From a virus: 42,106 bases of DNA. The notes under the pieces were generated by a model that was given only the letters and a program-made list of their open reading frames with translations, ran no database searches and was not told the origin of the DNA. Position 1 is the first letter of the stretch; every line of letters starts with the position of its first letter. Position numbers and translations under genes: made by a program. The DNA lies in IMG/VR virus record IMGVR_UViG_3300021431_000203, positions 1-42,106 of that record, one strand, 5' to 3'. Below are positions 1 to 7,782 of this stretch, one piece after another.

Positions 1-95
1 ATTTGTAAAGTTTCTATTATTAAAACATTTACATCCTAGAATTTTCTCAACATCTCTCATAGTTCCAATTACACTAATATAGTGTCTAATAGCTC
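1..95. repeat. Terminal direct repeat, copy 1 (identical to 42012-42106)
   Basis: Bases 1-95 (atttgtaaagtttctattat...agtgtctaatagctc) recur exactly at 42012-42106. This fits a circular or assembly overlap. Confidence 0.95.
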
Positions 96-258
96 TTTCT
101 ACGTTAGCCTGTTTTTCATTATGATCATCTGCATATTTATGGTATGTATTATTTATGTCAGTAATATCATATTTTTCAATAAGCTCAGCAGCAATTTTAG
201 CTCCTGCTAAATGTGCTCCACCAAAGTTCTTTAATAAATAATCTAAATAAATATTCAT
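1..258 (-). CDS. Spo0A C-terminal DNA-binding-domain-like protein (first 86 codons; ORF continues over the junction to 41964; 101 aa in total)
   Basis: ATG at 258-256, not in the ORF track because it runs off the window. My translation is MNIYLDYLLKNFGGAHLAGAKIAAELIEKYDITDINNTYHKYADDHNEKQANVERAIRHYISVIGTMRDVEKILGCKCFNNRNFTN|KEFLAIVKIRAEEGK. G(G)AHLAG, VERAIRH and TNKEFLAIV match B. subtilis Spo0A-C GVPAHIKG, SRVERAIRHAIEVAW and PTNSEFIAMV. Confidence 0.8.
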   Translation of the reverse strand, partial: MNIYLDYLLKNFGGAHLAGAKIAAELIEKYDITDINNTYHKYADDHNEKQANVERAIRHYISVIGTMRDVEKILGCKCFNNRNFTN

Positions 259-420
259 TTATACCAACTCCTTTTTAATTTCTAACATATCTAAAACTTT
301 CCTTAATTCTTGTTGTTTTGAATATTCCATAACTTCACTATTTAATTTATTCTCTAAATAAATAATTGTTTTATAATAATTTTTTACTATTTCATCATAC
401 AATTTTAGAACATCATACAT
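259..420 (-). CDS. Hypothetical protein (53 aa)
   Basis: ATG 420-418, stop 261-259. It overlaps the upstream stop as ATGA and abuts the next ATG. MYDVLKLYDEIVKNYYKTIIYLENKL... Confidence 0.55.
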   Translation of the reverse strand: MYDVLKLYDEIVKNYYKTIIYLENKLNSEVMEYSKQQELRKVLDMLEIKKELV

Positions 421-620
421 CACTTATCACAATCCTTTTTTAATTCTTGGATTTTATTTAAAACATCATCACATTTACTCCCATAAGCATTAAAATCACT
501 ATAATAAGGGTACTCATAATAGTAATCTCTTTGTTCTTTTAACCATTCTTCCAACTCATCTAATACAGTCTTCTTTGGTTTACCCCATACTTTTTCTATT
601 GCTTCAAAATTAACGTTCAT
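420..620 (-). CDS. Hypothetical protein (66 aa)
   Basis: Track ORF with ATG start, tightly packed on the coding strand. Confidence 0.65.
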   Translation of the reverse strand: MNVNFEAIEKVWGKPKKTVLDELEEWLKEQRDYYYEYPYYSDFNAYGSKCDDVLNKIQELKKDCDK

Positions 621-924
621 TGGAATCCACCTTTTCTACTAAATCGGCTTTTATTAGGTCATATAATGCATCTAAAAATATAACCCTATTGCAATGGTTA
701 TCAGGAACTACAACGTCCATACCAAATGCTTTACTTTTTACGTCTTTAAATAATATTCTTTTTTTCTTTTTAAAAAATATAAATGGTTTTGGCTTTCTAT
801 CACAATAAGGATACCCCCTAAATGTGTAAATGCTTTCAGGCTTTCCTGTACTTTCACTATAACTAATTCTAAACCCAAACTTTTCTAATTCTTTTAAATC
901 AATATTATCTTTTATTTTTAACAT
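610..924 (-). CDS. Hypothetical protein (104 aa)
   Basis: Track ORF with ATG start and an 11-nt overlap with the downstream gene. Confidence 0.7.
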   Translation of the reverse strand: MLKIKDNIDLKELEKFGFRISYSESTGKPESIYTFRGYPYCDRKPKPFIFFKKKKRILFKDVKSKAFGMDVVVPDNHCNRVIFLDALYDLIKADLVEKVDSNER

Positions 925-940
925 TAATTAATCACCTTCT

Positions 941-1132
941 TTAATCTAAACTTTTCGTTTTGTAAAATGTTATTATAATAGCAAATGTAAACCATAAAAA
1001 TATAATTCCAAATGTATAATTAATTGTTTTACCATCTCTAATATATTTTTTACTTTCGTTTTCTCTATGTAATAAAAATCCAATACCCATATCATATTTT
1101 TCTATTTCAAATTTAGGTTTTATTTTTAACAT
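941..1132 (-). CDS. Small membrane protein (63 aa)
   Basis: Track ORF with a C-terminal hydrophobic segment, GIIFLWFTFAIIITFY. Confidence 0.55.
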   Translation of the reverse strand: MLKIKPKFEIEKYDMGIGFLLHRENESKKYIRDGKTINYTFGIIFLWFTFAIIITFYKTKSLD

Positions 1133-1394
1133 AATCTATTTGCGCCTCATCTTTAATATTTTTAATTTTTATTCCAAATAATAATTTAAACATTATTCTA
1201 TTAATCCAATTAAACTTTTTAATGTTATATACCTTGATGTTTCCAATTTCCAATATAGATTTACTATTTTCATTTAACTTAATAATAACATCACCAGTTG
1301 TTGTTTTAGGAGATATATATTCATTTATTTTTATACTATTTCTTGCAATATTTGCTATTTTATTTTGAATTTCAATATCTTCTTTTGTATTCAT
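1113..1394 (-). CDS. Hypothetical protein (93 aa)
   Basis: Track ORF on the coding strand. Confidence 0.6.
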   Translation of the reverse strand: MNTKEDIEIQNKIANIARNSIKINEYISPKTTTGDVIIKLNENSKSILEIGNIKVYNIKKFNWINRIMFKLLFGIKIKNIKDEAQIDYVKNKT

Positions 1395-1401
1395 AATCTA
1401 T

Positions 1402-1758
1402 TTACACCTGACTTTCTAAATTATATTGCATTCTTTCAAATTGTTCGCGAGTTACTATTGATTTAATATCTTCTTCAGTTTCGATATACCACTCTCCATC
1501 TTGTCCACCATCGAACGCCAATAAACAACCAATAACATCTTGCACTTTAATTCCATTAACATAGTCTCCTACTTCTATTAAATCCATTATGTTTGGACTT
1601 GATTTAATTTCCTTTAAATCTTCATCACTAAACAAACATTCTACAACTTTATGTTCAAATAATAATTTATTATATTTTGTGTATTTAGTTTGTAATTTTA
1701 ATTCTTGTATTTTATCTATATAACCATTTTTTAATCTTACATAATCTCCTACTTTCAT
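1402..1758 (-). CDS. Hypothetical protein (118 aa)
   Basis: Track ORF with an internal VGDYV duplication. Confidence 0.7.
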   Translation of the reverse strand: MKVGDYVRLKNGYIDKIQELKLQTKYTKYNKLLFEHKVVECLFSDEDLKEIKSSPNIMDLIEVGDYVNGIKVQDVIGCLLAFDGGQDGEWYIETEEDIKSIVTREQFERMQYNLESQV

Positions 1759-1759
1759 A

Positions 1760-1903
1760 TTAATCCTCCTTCATATTAAAATATAATGCCGCTAATCCAA
1801 AACATAAAGCACCATACAAAGTAGTTTCACTTCTTATAAATTCTGGCTTAAATATACAAATAAACCCTAATATACTAAACATTATTCCCATAATATATTT
1901 CAT
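1760..1903 (-). CDS. Small membrane protein (47 aa)
   Basis: Below the track cutoff. ATG 1903-1901, stop 1762-1760. MKYIMGIMFSILGFICIFKPEFIRSETTLYGALCFGLAALYFNMKED has two hydrophobic stretches. Confidence 0.5.
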   Translation of the reverse strand: MKYIMGIMFSILGFICIFKPEFIRSETTLYGALCFGLAALYFNMKED

Positions 1904-1906
1904 ACT

Positions 1907-2092
1907 TTACCTCTTTTCTAATATTTCTAATAAATCCATTTCTTCTCTTGTTAATCCTTTTTCTAATCTTTTTATTTTTGCTTTTAATAATTTTATATGT
2001 TCTTCTTTTTTCTTTAATTGCAATTTTAATTTTGAATTTTCACGTCTTAAATCTAATTGTGTCATAACCTCGTGAGCGTCTTCTTTAATCAT
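1907..2092 (-). CDS. Coiled-coil protein (61 aa)
   Basis: Track ORF with heptad-like K/E/L-rich sequence. Confidence 0.6.
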   Translation of the reverse strand: MIKEDAHEVMTQLDLRRENSKLKLQLKKKEEHIKLLKAKIKRLEKGLTREEMDLLEILEKR

Positions 2093-2093
2093 A

Positions 2094-2219
2094 TCACACC
2101 TCGTATTGTACTTTTATTTTGTTTGGCTTAATACTTACAATGCACTTTGTTAATCTGTTTTTATATTTATTTATAAAACTAAAATATTCTTGGTTTGTTT
2201 TAAAATACCTTGTTTTCAT
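2094..2219 (-). CDS. Hypothetical protein (41 aa, trimmed start)
   Basis: The long form of the track ORF overlaps 2222-2407. The internal ATG (MKTRYFK...) lies just after the upstream stop. Confidence 0.45.
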   Translation of the reverse strand: MKTRYFKTNQEYFSFINKYKNRLTKCIVSIKPNKIKVQYEV

Positions 2220-2221
2220 AT

Positions 2222-2407
2222 TTACCCCTCTTTTTCTGTTTTTTCTATCGCTTTTTTCATATTTTTTAAAAATAACCATTTTTTATACACCTCATCTTGT
2301 TGTTTTCTTAAAGCCACTGCGTCATCATAACCTAATTCCCAACTTGTTCTTCTCATTGCTTTTGATTTAATACAAGCGTCATTAATCATCTGATTTAAAT
2401 TTTTCAT
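2222..2407 (-). CDS. Hypothetical protein (61 aa)
   Basis: Track ORF, first gene after the 2408-2535 intergenic region. Confidence 0.6.
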   Translation of the reverse strand: MKNLNQMINDACIKSKAMRRTSWELGYDDAVALRKQQDEVYKKWLFLKNMKKAIEKTEKEG

Positions 2408-2473
2408 TTTCCTACACCCTTTCTATTTTACATTTTAAAGCCGTTTTAAACGACTTTTTATAAAATTAGTCCA

Positions 2474-2482
2474 ATTATACCA
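2474..2482 (-). promoter_or_regulatory. Extended -10 promoter element (TGGTATAAT)
   Basis: Minus strand reads TGGTATAAT. It lies in the 128-bp intergenic region upstream of 2407. Confidence 0.5.
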
Positions 2483-2535
2483 ATTTTATATTTTCGTTTA
2501 AATATACCCCGTTAAAATTAATTTTAAAGGTATAT

Positions 2536-2673
2536 TTATATACTTTCGCCACGAATAAATATTTTTTTGCTAAATTTTAGTTTTCTTTTGAATTTTTGTT
2601 TGTCAAATTCACAATCGAAATATTTTGTGAATGTTTTCCCAGTTGTAATATCATATAATTTCAAATAAATCAT
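2536..2673 (-). CDS. Hypothetical protein (45 aa, trimmed start)
   Basis: The long form begins inside the promoter at 2701-2729. The internal ATG (MIYLKLYD...) follows the RBS AGAGGTG. Confidence 0.5.
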   Translation of the reverse strand: MIYLKLYDITTGKTFTKYFDCEFDKQKFKRKLKFSKKIFIRGESI

Positions 2674-2700
2674 AACCACACCTCTAACCTTTCTGAATAC

Positions 2701-2729
2701 ATTATAATAAATATTCATTAAAAAGTCAA
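2701..2729 (-). promoter_or_regulatory. Sigma-A-type promoter
   Basis: Minus strand reads TTGACT, a 17-nt spacer, then TATAAT. Confidence 0.6.
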
Positions 2730-2756
2730 TAATATTTCAATATTGTTTACTAATTT

Positions 2757-3989
2757 TTATTTTCTTTCGGTAAAGATTTGTTTTTCTTTGTCATAAACTG
2801 CCTCAATAGTTCCAGTATAACCATCTCTGTTTTTAGCAACATCAAAAATCATATCTTGCATTAAGTCTTCTTTTTTAGCCTCACGGGATTTATAAAGCAA
2901 CATAACTTTACTCGCACTGTTTTCTAATTCTCCTGAATCTTTTAACATTGACAAAGTTATTTCGTCGCTTGAATAAGCGCCACGGTTCAATTGACTTGCA
3001 CTAATAATTGTGCAGTCGTATTCCAAACAAATTTGCCTTAATTGTTTTGCAACTTCTGTCGCTTGTTCATATAAACTTTTCATGCCATCTATTTTAACAA
3101 GCCCCAAGTGGTCTATAAAAATTATCGTATGCCTATTTTTATCTTTCATTTTTGCAATTGTTGATTTAATCATAGTCATATCACTTGCTTTATGTTCGAT
3201 AATCAATTTTGCTTCTTCGATTTTATCAAGTGTTTTTTCTATCAATTCCTTTTGGTATTCTGTTTGTGGGTGTTCCACATCATTTACTTTAATGTTTGCG
3301 TTGACTGACACAATTCTTTTGTAAATTGTGCTTTTACTCATTTCCATATTGAAATAAATACATTGATACCCCGTCATTAAATCTGCCATTAAATTAATCA
3401 TAAGCCCGGATTTACCAGCACCAGTTGTCGCACCTATAATCAAGAAATCACCTTGTACTAATTTTAAAGTGTTGTTTAACTTTTCAAAGTGGTTTAAATT
3501 AATTCTTGCTTTTTCTTCATTGATACTATTTAAAATTTCCTCTTTTTTTAATTCAACCACGTTTTCCATAAGTTGTATGTTATCGATGTTTTTCATACTT
3601 TCCATGAAATAATCATAGGTTATCATACCTTGTTTTAATCTTTCATTTAAAGTTTTTATAACATCTTCTTTGTAATATTTCAAAATACTTTCTTGTGCTA
3701 GGTCTAATTGTTCTTTCCAAGAATTAGGATACCATAATTCGTTAGATATAATGTCTGTAAAATATTCCACGTCAAAGTTTGAGTGCAATTTTACAATTTC
3801 TGTCGGCGTAACAACTTTGTTTGTTTTATAACATTCTATTGCATATTCTAAAAGTTTTTGATTATCTTTATTGTGTAAAGCCTTTGGTTTTATTTGCAAC
3901 AAATCAATAACTTCGTTTTTATTTAATACCAATGCCAAAAATTCACGTTCAATTCTTTCTCTATTTTCATCACATACTTTTAGCATCAT
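2757..3989 (-). CDS. DnaB-like replicative DNA helicase
   Basis: Walker A IIGATTGAGKSGLMINL, Walker B-like IIFIDHLGL, and a DnaB-type N-terminal domain. It follows a replisome-organizer gene. Confidence 0.9.
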   Translation of the reverse strand: MMLKVCDENRERIEREFLALVLNKNEVIDLLQIKPKALHNKDNQKLLEYAIECYKTNKVVTPTEIVKLHSNFDVEYFTDIISNELWYPNSWKEQLDLAQESILKYYKEDVIKTLNERLKQGMITYDYFMESMKNIDNIQLMENVVELKKEEILNSINEEKARINLNHFEKLNNTLKLVQGDFLIIGATTGAGKSGLMINLMADLMTGYQCIYFNMEMSKSTIYKRIVSVNANIKVNDVEHPQTEYQKELIEKTLDKIEEAKLIIEHKASDMTMIKSTIAKMKDKNRHTIIFIDHLGLVKIDGMKSLYEQATEVAKQLRQICLEYDCTIISASQLNRGAYSSDEITLSMLKDSGELENSASKVMLLYKSREAKKEDLMQDMIFDVAKNRDGYTGTIEAVYDKEKQIFTERK

Positions 3990-4606
3990 AAAACCCTCCT
4001 GCCATTCTTATAATGGAATCCAGCCTCGTCAACATATTCTTCTTCTTTGTTAACCTTTTTATCTTTCTTAATCCAATTTTCAAAAACTAATTTCCAATTT
4101 TTGATATTTTGCCCTGTGCCATTTACCCAACCTATTGCCTCATAATGATTAAAAAACTTTTTGCAATATTCCTCATCAATTCCTAAACTTGCTCCAAAAG
4201 AGACAATGGAAGAAAGCGTGGGAGTGGATATATTATTATTCTCCCTCTCTATATCTATTTCTTTTTCTTTTTCTATATCTATTTCTTTTTCTATATCGGC
4301 ATACTTCGCTACCGTTTGCATGCCATCGCATGCGTTCGCATATTCTTTACCCCATCTTTTTTTAGCATTATCACTGTTGGTTTTACAAGTTAATTTCCAA
4401 TTTTCTTTATCTTGTTTTAGCCTACGTTTTATTGGTACAAACGCCATTTTTGTAATATTATCAAGTTCTGGTTCTTTTTCATTTTTGTCAAATTCAATCA
4501 TTGCATATATTAATTGCCTAAATTGATTATCATTTAACATTTCAAATTGGTCTATGTAGTCATAATATAGCAACAATGAAATTTTTTCTTTCTTCTTGTA
4601 TGCCAC
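3986..4606 (-). CDS. Phage replisome organizer / DnaD-like replication initiation protein
   Basis: GTG start after the RBS GGAG. The N-terminus LLLYYDYIDQFEMLNDNQFRQLIYAMIEFD is typical of phage replisome organizers, and the C-terminal HYEAIGWVNG...NWKLVFENWIKK is DnaD-like. It sits upstream of DnaB. Confidence 0.7.
   Translation of the reverse strand: MAYKKKEKISLLLYYDYIDQFEMLNDNQFRQLIYAMIEFDKNEKEPELDNITKMAFVPIKRRLKQDKENWKLTCKTNSDNAKKRWGKEYANACDGMQTVAKYADIEKEIDIEKEKEIDIERENNNISTPTLSSIVSFGASLGIDEEYCKKFFNHYEAIGWVNGTGQNIKNWKLVFENWIKKDKKVNKEEEYVDEAGFHYKNGRRVL
4249..4297. repeat. Direct repeats inside the replisome-organizer gene (candidate iterons)
   Basis: The 18-mer ctatatctatttcttttt occurs at 4249-4266 and 4273-4290, with a partial ctatatc at 4291-4297. 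The region encodes (E)KEIDIEKEKEIDIERE. Confidence 0.8.
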
Positions 4607-4610
4607 CTTT

Positions 4611-4763
4611 CTATTCTCCTTTCTTTATGAACTTGTTTAATTCTTCTTCTTCAATAAAAGTTAACTTTCCAACTTTTATGATAGGCAACCCTCGTTTAAT
4701 CCAATTATAAACTGTTGCTTTACTCACTTTTAATCTTTCCATTACATCACTTACTCTTAACAC
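4611..4763 (-). CDS. Small HTH DNA-binding protein (excisionase/MerR-type HTH_17-like, 50 aa)
   Basis: Below the track cutoff. GTG 4763 after the RBS GGAGG. (V)LRVSDVMERLKVSKATVYNWIKRGLPIIKVGKLTFIEEEELNKFIKKGE. Confidence 0.65.
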   Translation of the reverse strand: MLRVSDVMERLKVSKATVYNWIKRGLPIIKVGKLTFIEEEELNKFIKKGE

Positions 4764-4788
4764 TCTTACACCTCCTACCTTTTACTTA

Positions 4789-4816
4789 ATTATACTATAA
4801 TTAACTTTAAAAGTCA
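4789..4816 (-). promoter_or_regulatory. Sigma-A-type promoter
   Basis: Minus strand reads TTGACT, a 16-nt spacer, then TATAAT, immediately upstream of the RBS GGAGG of the HTH gene. Confidence 0.65.
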
Positions 4817-4827
4817 AACATAAAATA

Positions 4828-4853
4828 ACAAAAAAAGCAACTTTTTTAGTTGC
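4828..4853 (-). terminator. Rho-independent terminator
   Basis: Minus strand reads AGCAAC-TAAAAAA-GTTGCT followed by T7. It abuts the stop codon at 4854. Confidence 0.8.
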
Positions 4854-5468
4854 TTAATCTAACATATTTTCAGTAATTTCCACAACATCATTGTATTGTG
4901 AAAATGGGTCAGTACTGTTATTGTTATTTCTTGGCTTGTAGTTTTCATATTCAACAGTCGAACCGTCAAGCAATTTAACCTTTGGTATTTTAATGTCTTT
5001 TAATTTGTCTAAACTTCTAAATTGAATTAATTTTGTAGTTGTTCCGATTGTTCCGTCTTGTTTTTCGTATTCTTCTAATCCAAATACACCAGCAAGTTTT
5101 AACCCCTCAAGTTGTTTCCATTCTCCCTTTGTATTAAATTTAAAGTTAGGATTTGATTTTTCAAGTGCCGTAATAAATCCTTTTAAGTAAGCCAATTGGT
5201 CGTCTTTTAAAGATAAATACTTACAAGCACCGTTGCTCCATTTTTTATCAGCATTTGTGTTATTATCAAATTGTTTTTGAAAGAATCCTTTTTGTTCATC
5301 ATTACCAGCAATGTCAACTGATATTTTTAAAGATGTATTTCCAGTAAACTCGCTTTTGTGTTCTCTTGCGTCAAGTATTTTTATTTCGTGCCCTCCAAGT
5401 TTTAAAGCCTCGTATTCTCCAAATTCCTTAGCCTCTGTTGTGTCCCATAAATCTAAATTAAAATTCAT
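4854..5468 (-). CDS. DUF669-family protein (putative phage ssDNA-binding/recombination accessory protein)
   Basis: N-terminus MNFNLDLWDTTEAKEFGEYEALKLGGHEIKILDA and its position directly downstream of a Sak4-type ATPase match the DUF669 pattern, as recalled. Confidence 0.55.
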   Translation of the reverse strand: MNFNLDLWDTTEAKEFGEYEALKLGGHEIKILDAREHKSEFTGNTSLKISVDIAGNDEQKGFFQKQFDNNTNADKKWSNGACKYLSLKDDQLAYLKGFITALEKSNPNFKFNTKGEWKQLEGLKLAGVFGLEEYEKQDGTIGTTTKLIQFRSLDKLKDIKIPKVKLLDGSTVEYENYKPRNNNNSTDPFSQYNDVVEITENMLD

Positions 5469-5470
5469 AA

Positions 5471-6877
5471 TTATTTCTCCTCTTCCTTTTCTTCAACTTT
5501 ATCTAATTCGTAGTATTCTCTAACTACTTTGTCAAACTCTTTCAAGTCATTTTCCATTGTGTCGTTTTCGAACATTCCAAAAGGTGTTTTAACACAGTCT
5601 TGACCGTTTGTTTTAAGTCTAAAAATGTAATTACCATTGTCAAACATACTTCTAATACATACCGTAAACATACCTTGAATATTTACTTTGTCATCAAGTA
5701 ATTTACCAATTGTCTTTGGTTTAATGTTTCCGTTTTCGTCTGTGTCCTCGTGCATGATTAAGTAAACAGTTTTTCCACCCTCAATGTTCTTAATTCCATT
5801 GATGAGATTAAAAAAGTTGTTCCCCATTTCGTTGTATTTGTCAAAGCCCTTAACACTCGACTTATTCATAAACTCGTTTGTAATTAAATAATTTGCGTCA
5901 TCTATAACTATTGTTTTCTTCTTTGTCATTTTTATTTGATTTAATATTGTTGCGTAGTCATCAATTTTAGGTGCTTTTATATCACTTTTGAATGGTAATG
6001 GTTTACCTAAAACATTGATAACTGCTATTTCATCTTTTGTAAAGTTTCTCATTGATGTGCTTTTTCCACTTCCTGATTGTCCTAGTAATAATACTGGTAC
6101 ACTATTCATATTTACCCTCCTATTTTCTAATATTTTTTCAACTTCTTCGTATAAATAAGGTATTTCTATAATTTCGTAGTTTTCGATATTCTCACTAAAA
6201 TATACAATAAACATTTCTTCAATTTTTAAGTTGGTGTATTTTTCGACTAAATATCTATAAATTGAAAGTTGTATGTAATAGTGATTCAATGTAAAATCTT
6301 TCAAATGTGATAAAGGCACTTTCATATCTTTTGCGTATTTTTCGGTTTTGTGTATATCACTATTTGTTTTGTAATCAACTAATACAAGTCCACCGGTTAA
6401 TTTGTTAATGAATAAGTGGTCGATAGCACTTGCTATATCGTAATCAGGACTACCTACTACAAATTCGTCTGCCAAGTGTTCTAAATGGTCTTGATAATCT
6501 TTATAAAATTGTTTTGCTTGTTTTTGTATTTTATTAACTGCATTTATATATTCAATACTTCCATCAAATAACAATTCATTGTATTCATTACCACTCCACA
6601 AACTTTGTGCATATTCGTGGCATGTACTACCTTTGGCACACGCAAACTTGTTTTTGTAATCCCATTCATCAAGAACTTCTTGAACTGTTTTATTTTGTTT
6701 AATTGCCACCTTTTCGGCGACTGTTTGTGCGTCAAATTCGTTGCAATATTGTTCTATAAATCTTGTTACCGATATTCCAACTCGTTTGCCTTTATATTCG
6801 TAATAATGCCCATTCTCGAAAAACTTGAAATCTCCAAAAGCCTTATTTAATTCTTTTAGATATTCTTCCTTTGTCAT
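5471..6877 (-). CDS. Fusion protein: PD-(D/E)XK (RecB/Cas4-like) nuclease N-domain + Sak4-like AAA_24 ATPase C-domain
   Basis: Nuclease motifs are AIDHLF, LVLVDYKT (D/ExK) and QLSIYRYL (QxxxY). The ATPase shows Walker A LLLGQSGSGKST and Walker B-like TIVIDDANYL. Confidence 0.7.
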   Translation of the reverse strand: MTKEEYLKELNKAFGDFKFFENGHYYEYKGKRVGISVTRFIEQYCNEFDAQTVAEKVAIKQNKTVQEVLDEWDYKNKFACAKGSTCHEYAQSLWSGNEYNELLFDGSIEYINAVNKIQKQAKQFYKDYQDHLEHLADEFVVGSPDYDIASAIDHLFINKLTGGLVLVDYKTNSDIHKTEKYAKDMKVPLSHLKDFTLNHYYIQLSIYRYLVEKYTNLKIEEMFIVYFSENIENYEIIEIPYLYEEVEKILENRRVNMNSVPVLLLGQSGSGKSTSMRNFTKDEIAVINVLGKPLPFKSDIKAPKIDDYATILNQIKMTKKKTIVIDDANYLITNEFMNKSSVKGFDKYNEMGNNFFNLINGIKNIEGGKTVYLIMHEDTDENGNIKPKTIGKLLDDKVNIQGMFTVCIRSMFDNGNYIFRLKTNGQDCVKTPFGMFENDTMENDLKEFDKVVREYYELDKVEEKEEEK

Positions 6878-6879
6878 TT

Positions 6880-7014
6880 TTACTTATTCCTTTCAGATAA
6901 AACCATTCTTACGTAAGCCGACAAAGATAAGCCTTTTTTGTTTGCTTCATCGATGATTTTGTCTTTAAATTCTTGTGTAACAGGAATTTGTAAAAACACT
7001 TCTTTTTTAGCCAT
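6880..7014 (-). CDS. Ribbon-helix-helix (CopG/Arc-like) protein (44 aa, trimmed start)
   Basis: ATG 7014 after AGGAGG. MAKKEVFLQIPVTQEFKDKIIDEANKKGLSLSAYVRMVLSERNK has a beta-strand plus two-helix pattern. Confidence 0.65.
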   Translation of the reverse strand: MAKKEVFLQIPVTQEFKDKIIDEANKKGLSLSAYVRMVLSERNK

Positions 7015-7039
7015 ATTTCCTAACCTCCTAACTGTATTA

Positions 7040-7068
7040 ATTATATCATATTTTAAATAAAAACACAA
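7040..7068 (-). promoter_or_regulatory. Sigma-A-type promoter with extended -10
   Basis: Minus strand reads TTGTGT, a 17-nt spacer, then TGATATAAT. Confidence 0.65.
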
Positions 7069-7089
7069 TATATTTTAATTAAGTTTTAA

Positions 7090-7338
7090 TTATTTTGTTC
7101 TAACGCCAGATACACTTATTACTCCACCCTCAGGGGCGTTTTCTAAGTTTTGTTGTATTATGTATTTTTGTACTTTTAATACATCAAGGGAGTTAACTTC
7201 GCCATCGTGGTTAACATCATATTGATTATAAGTTGGTTGTTTTAAATAAACAATGCTAAACATTACAAAGACAATTGTTATTGCCAATGCACACGCACCA
7301 CATATTATTAAAACAATATCTTCAATTTTAGTTTTCAT
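7090..7338 (-). CDS. Membrane-anchored protein with a single dockerin/EF-hand-like Ca-binding repeat
   Basis: N-terminal TM segment IVLIICGACALAITIVFVMFSIV. DVNHDGEVNSLDVLKVQKYI matches the dockerin type I repeat consensus DVNgDGkVNs-D---lkryl. Confidence 0.6.
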   Translation of the reverse strand: MKTKIEDIVLIICGACALAITIVFVMFSIVYLKQPTYNQYDVNHDGEVNSLDVLKVQKYIIQQNLENAPEGGVISVSGVRTK

Positions 7339-7570
7339 AATCCACCTCCTTTATTATTTCTTCGTCTATTAAATCTTCGTTTGGATTATATTCTCTTCTT
7401 ACTAACACTAATTTTTCGTTGTAGTCTAAACATTTTAAATCCATTGTATTTTTTATATATTCTTCTGCTTGTTCTAATTTCATAAAATTTTCATACTTTA
7501 TAAAATTGTCTGTTTTTTTATCATGTGTTTCAACATCATAAAACACCCAATTGTAATAACTTCCTTTCAT
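7328..7570 (-). CDS. Hypothetical protein (80 aa)
   Basis: Track ORF on the coding strand. Confidence 0.65.
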   Translation of the reverse strand: MKGSYYNWVFYDVETHDKKTDNFIKYENFMKLEQAEEYIKNTMDLKCLDYNEKLVLVRREYNPNEDLIDEEIIKEVDYEN

Positions 7571-7571
7571 T

Positions 7572-7781
7572 TTATCCTCCTATTTGTTCTTCATATTTTA
7601 AAGGTCTGTAATTATCTTCAACATCTCTTTTAAAATCTTCATATTTTTCTTGTTCGTTTATCAATTCATAATTCAAATCGTATAATTTATCAAGAATATC
7701 ACTAACAGAAACATAATCTTTATCAAACATGTTTTGTATTGTTTCATTTTCAAATCTTAAATCTACTAATATTTTATCCAT
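7572..7781 (-). CDS. Hypothetical acidic protein (69 aa)
   Basis: Track ORF on the coding strand. Confidence 0.65.
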   Translation of the reverse strand: MDKILVDLRFENETIQNMFDKDYVSVSDILDKLYDLNYELINEQEKYEDFKRDVEDNYRPLKYEEQIGG

Positions 7782-7782
7782 A

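Noticed and set aside
1-95. The 95-bp terminal repeat as a biological direct terminal repeat of a linear genome.
   Set aside because: An ORF with a coherent Spo0A-C domain reads seamlessly through the junction only if the two copies are collapsed. This is what a circular-assembly overlap artefact looks like. True short terminal repeats cannot be excluded without read-level data.
2530-2543. The AT-only palindrome gtatatttatatac at the end of ORF 2536-2673, considered as a terminator.
   Set aside because: The stem is all A/T with a 2-4 nt loop, and the downstream T-tract is weak. It is too unstable to call.
6544-6735. A minus-strand 63-aa ORF nested in another frame inside the nuclease-ATPase gene. 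The same applies to 17862-18050 inside 17725-18099.
   Set aside because: Both are fully contained within longer ORFs that have clear motifs or synteny. Neither has an RBS, and both have atypical composition. They are most likely chance alternative-frame ORFs.
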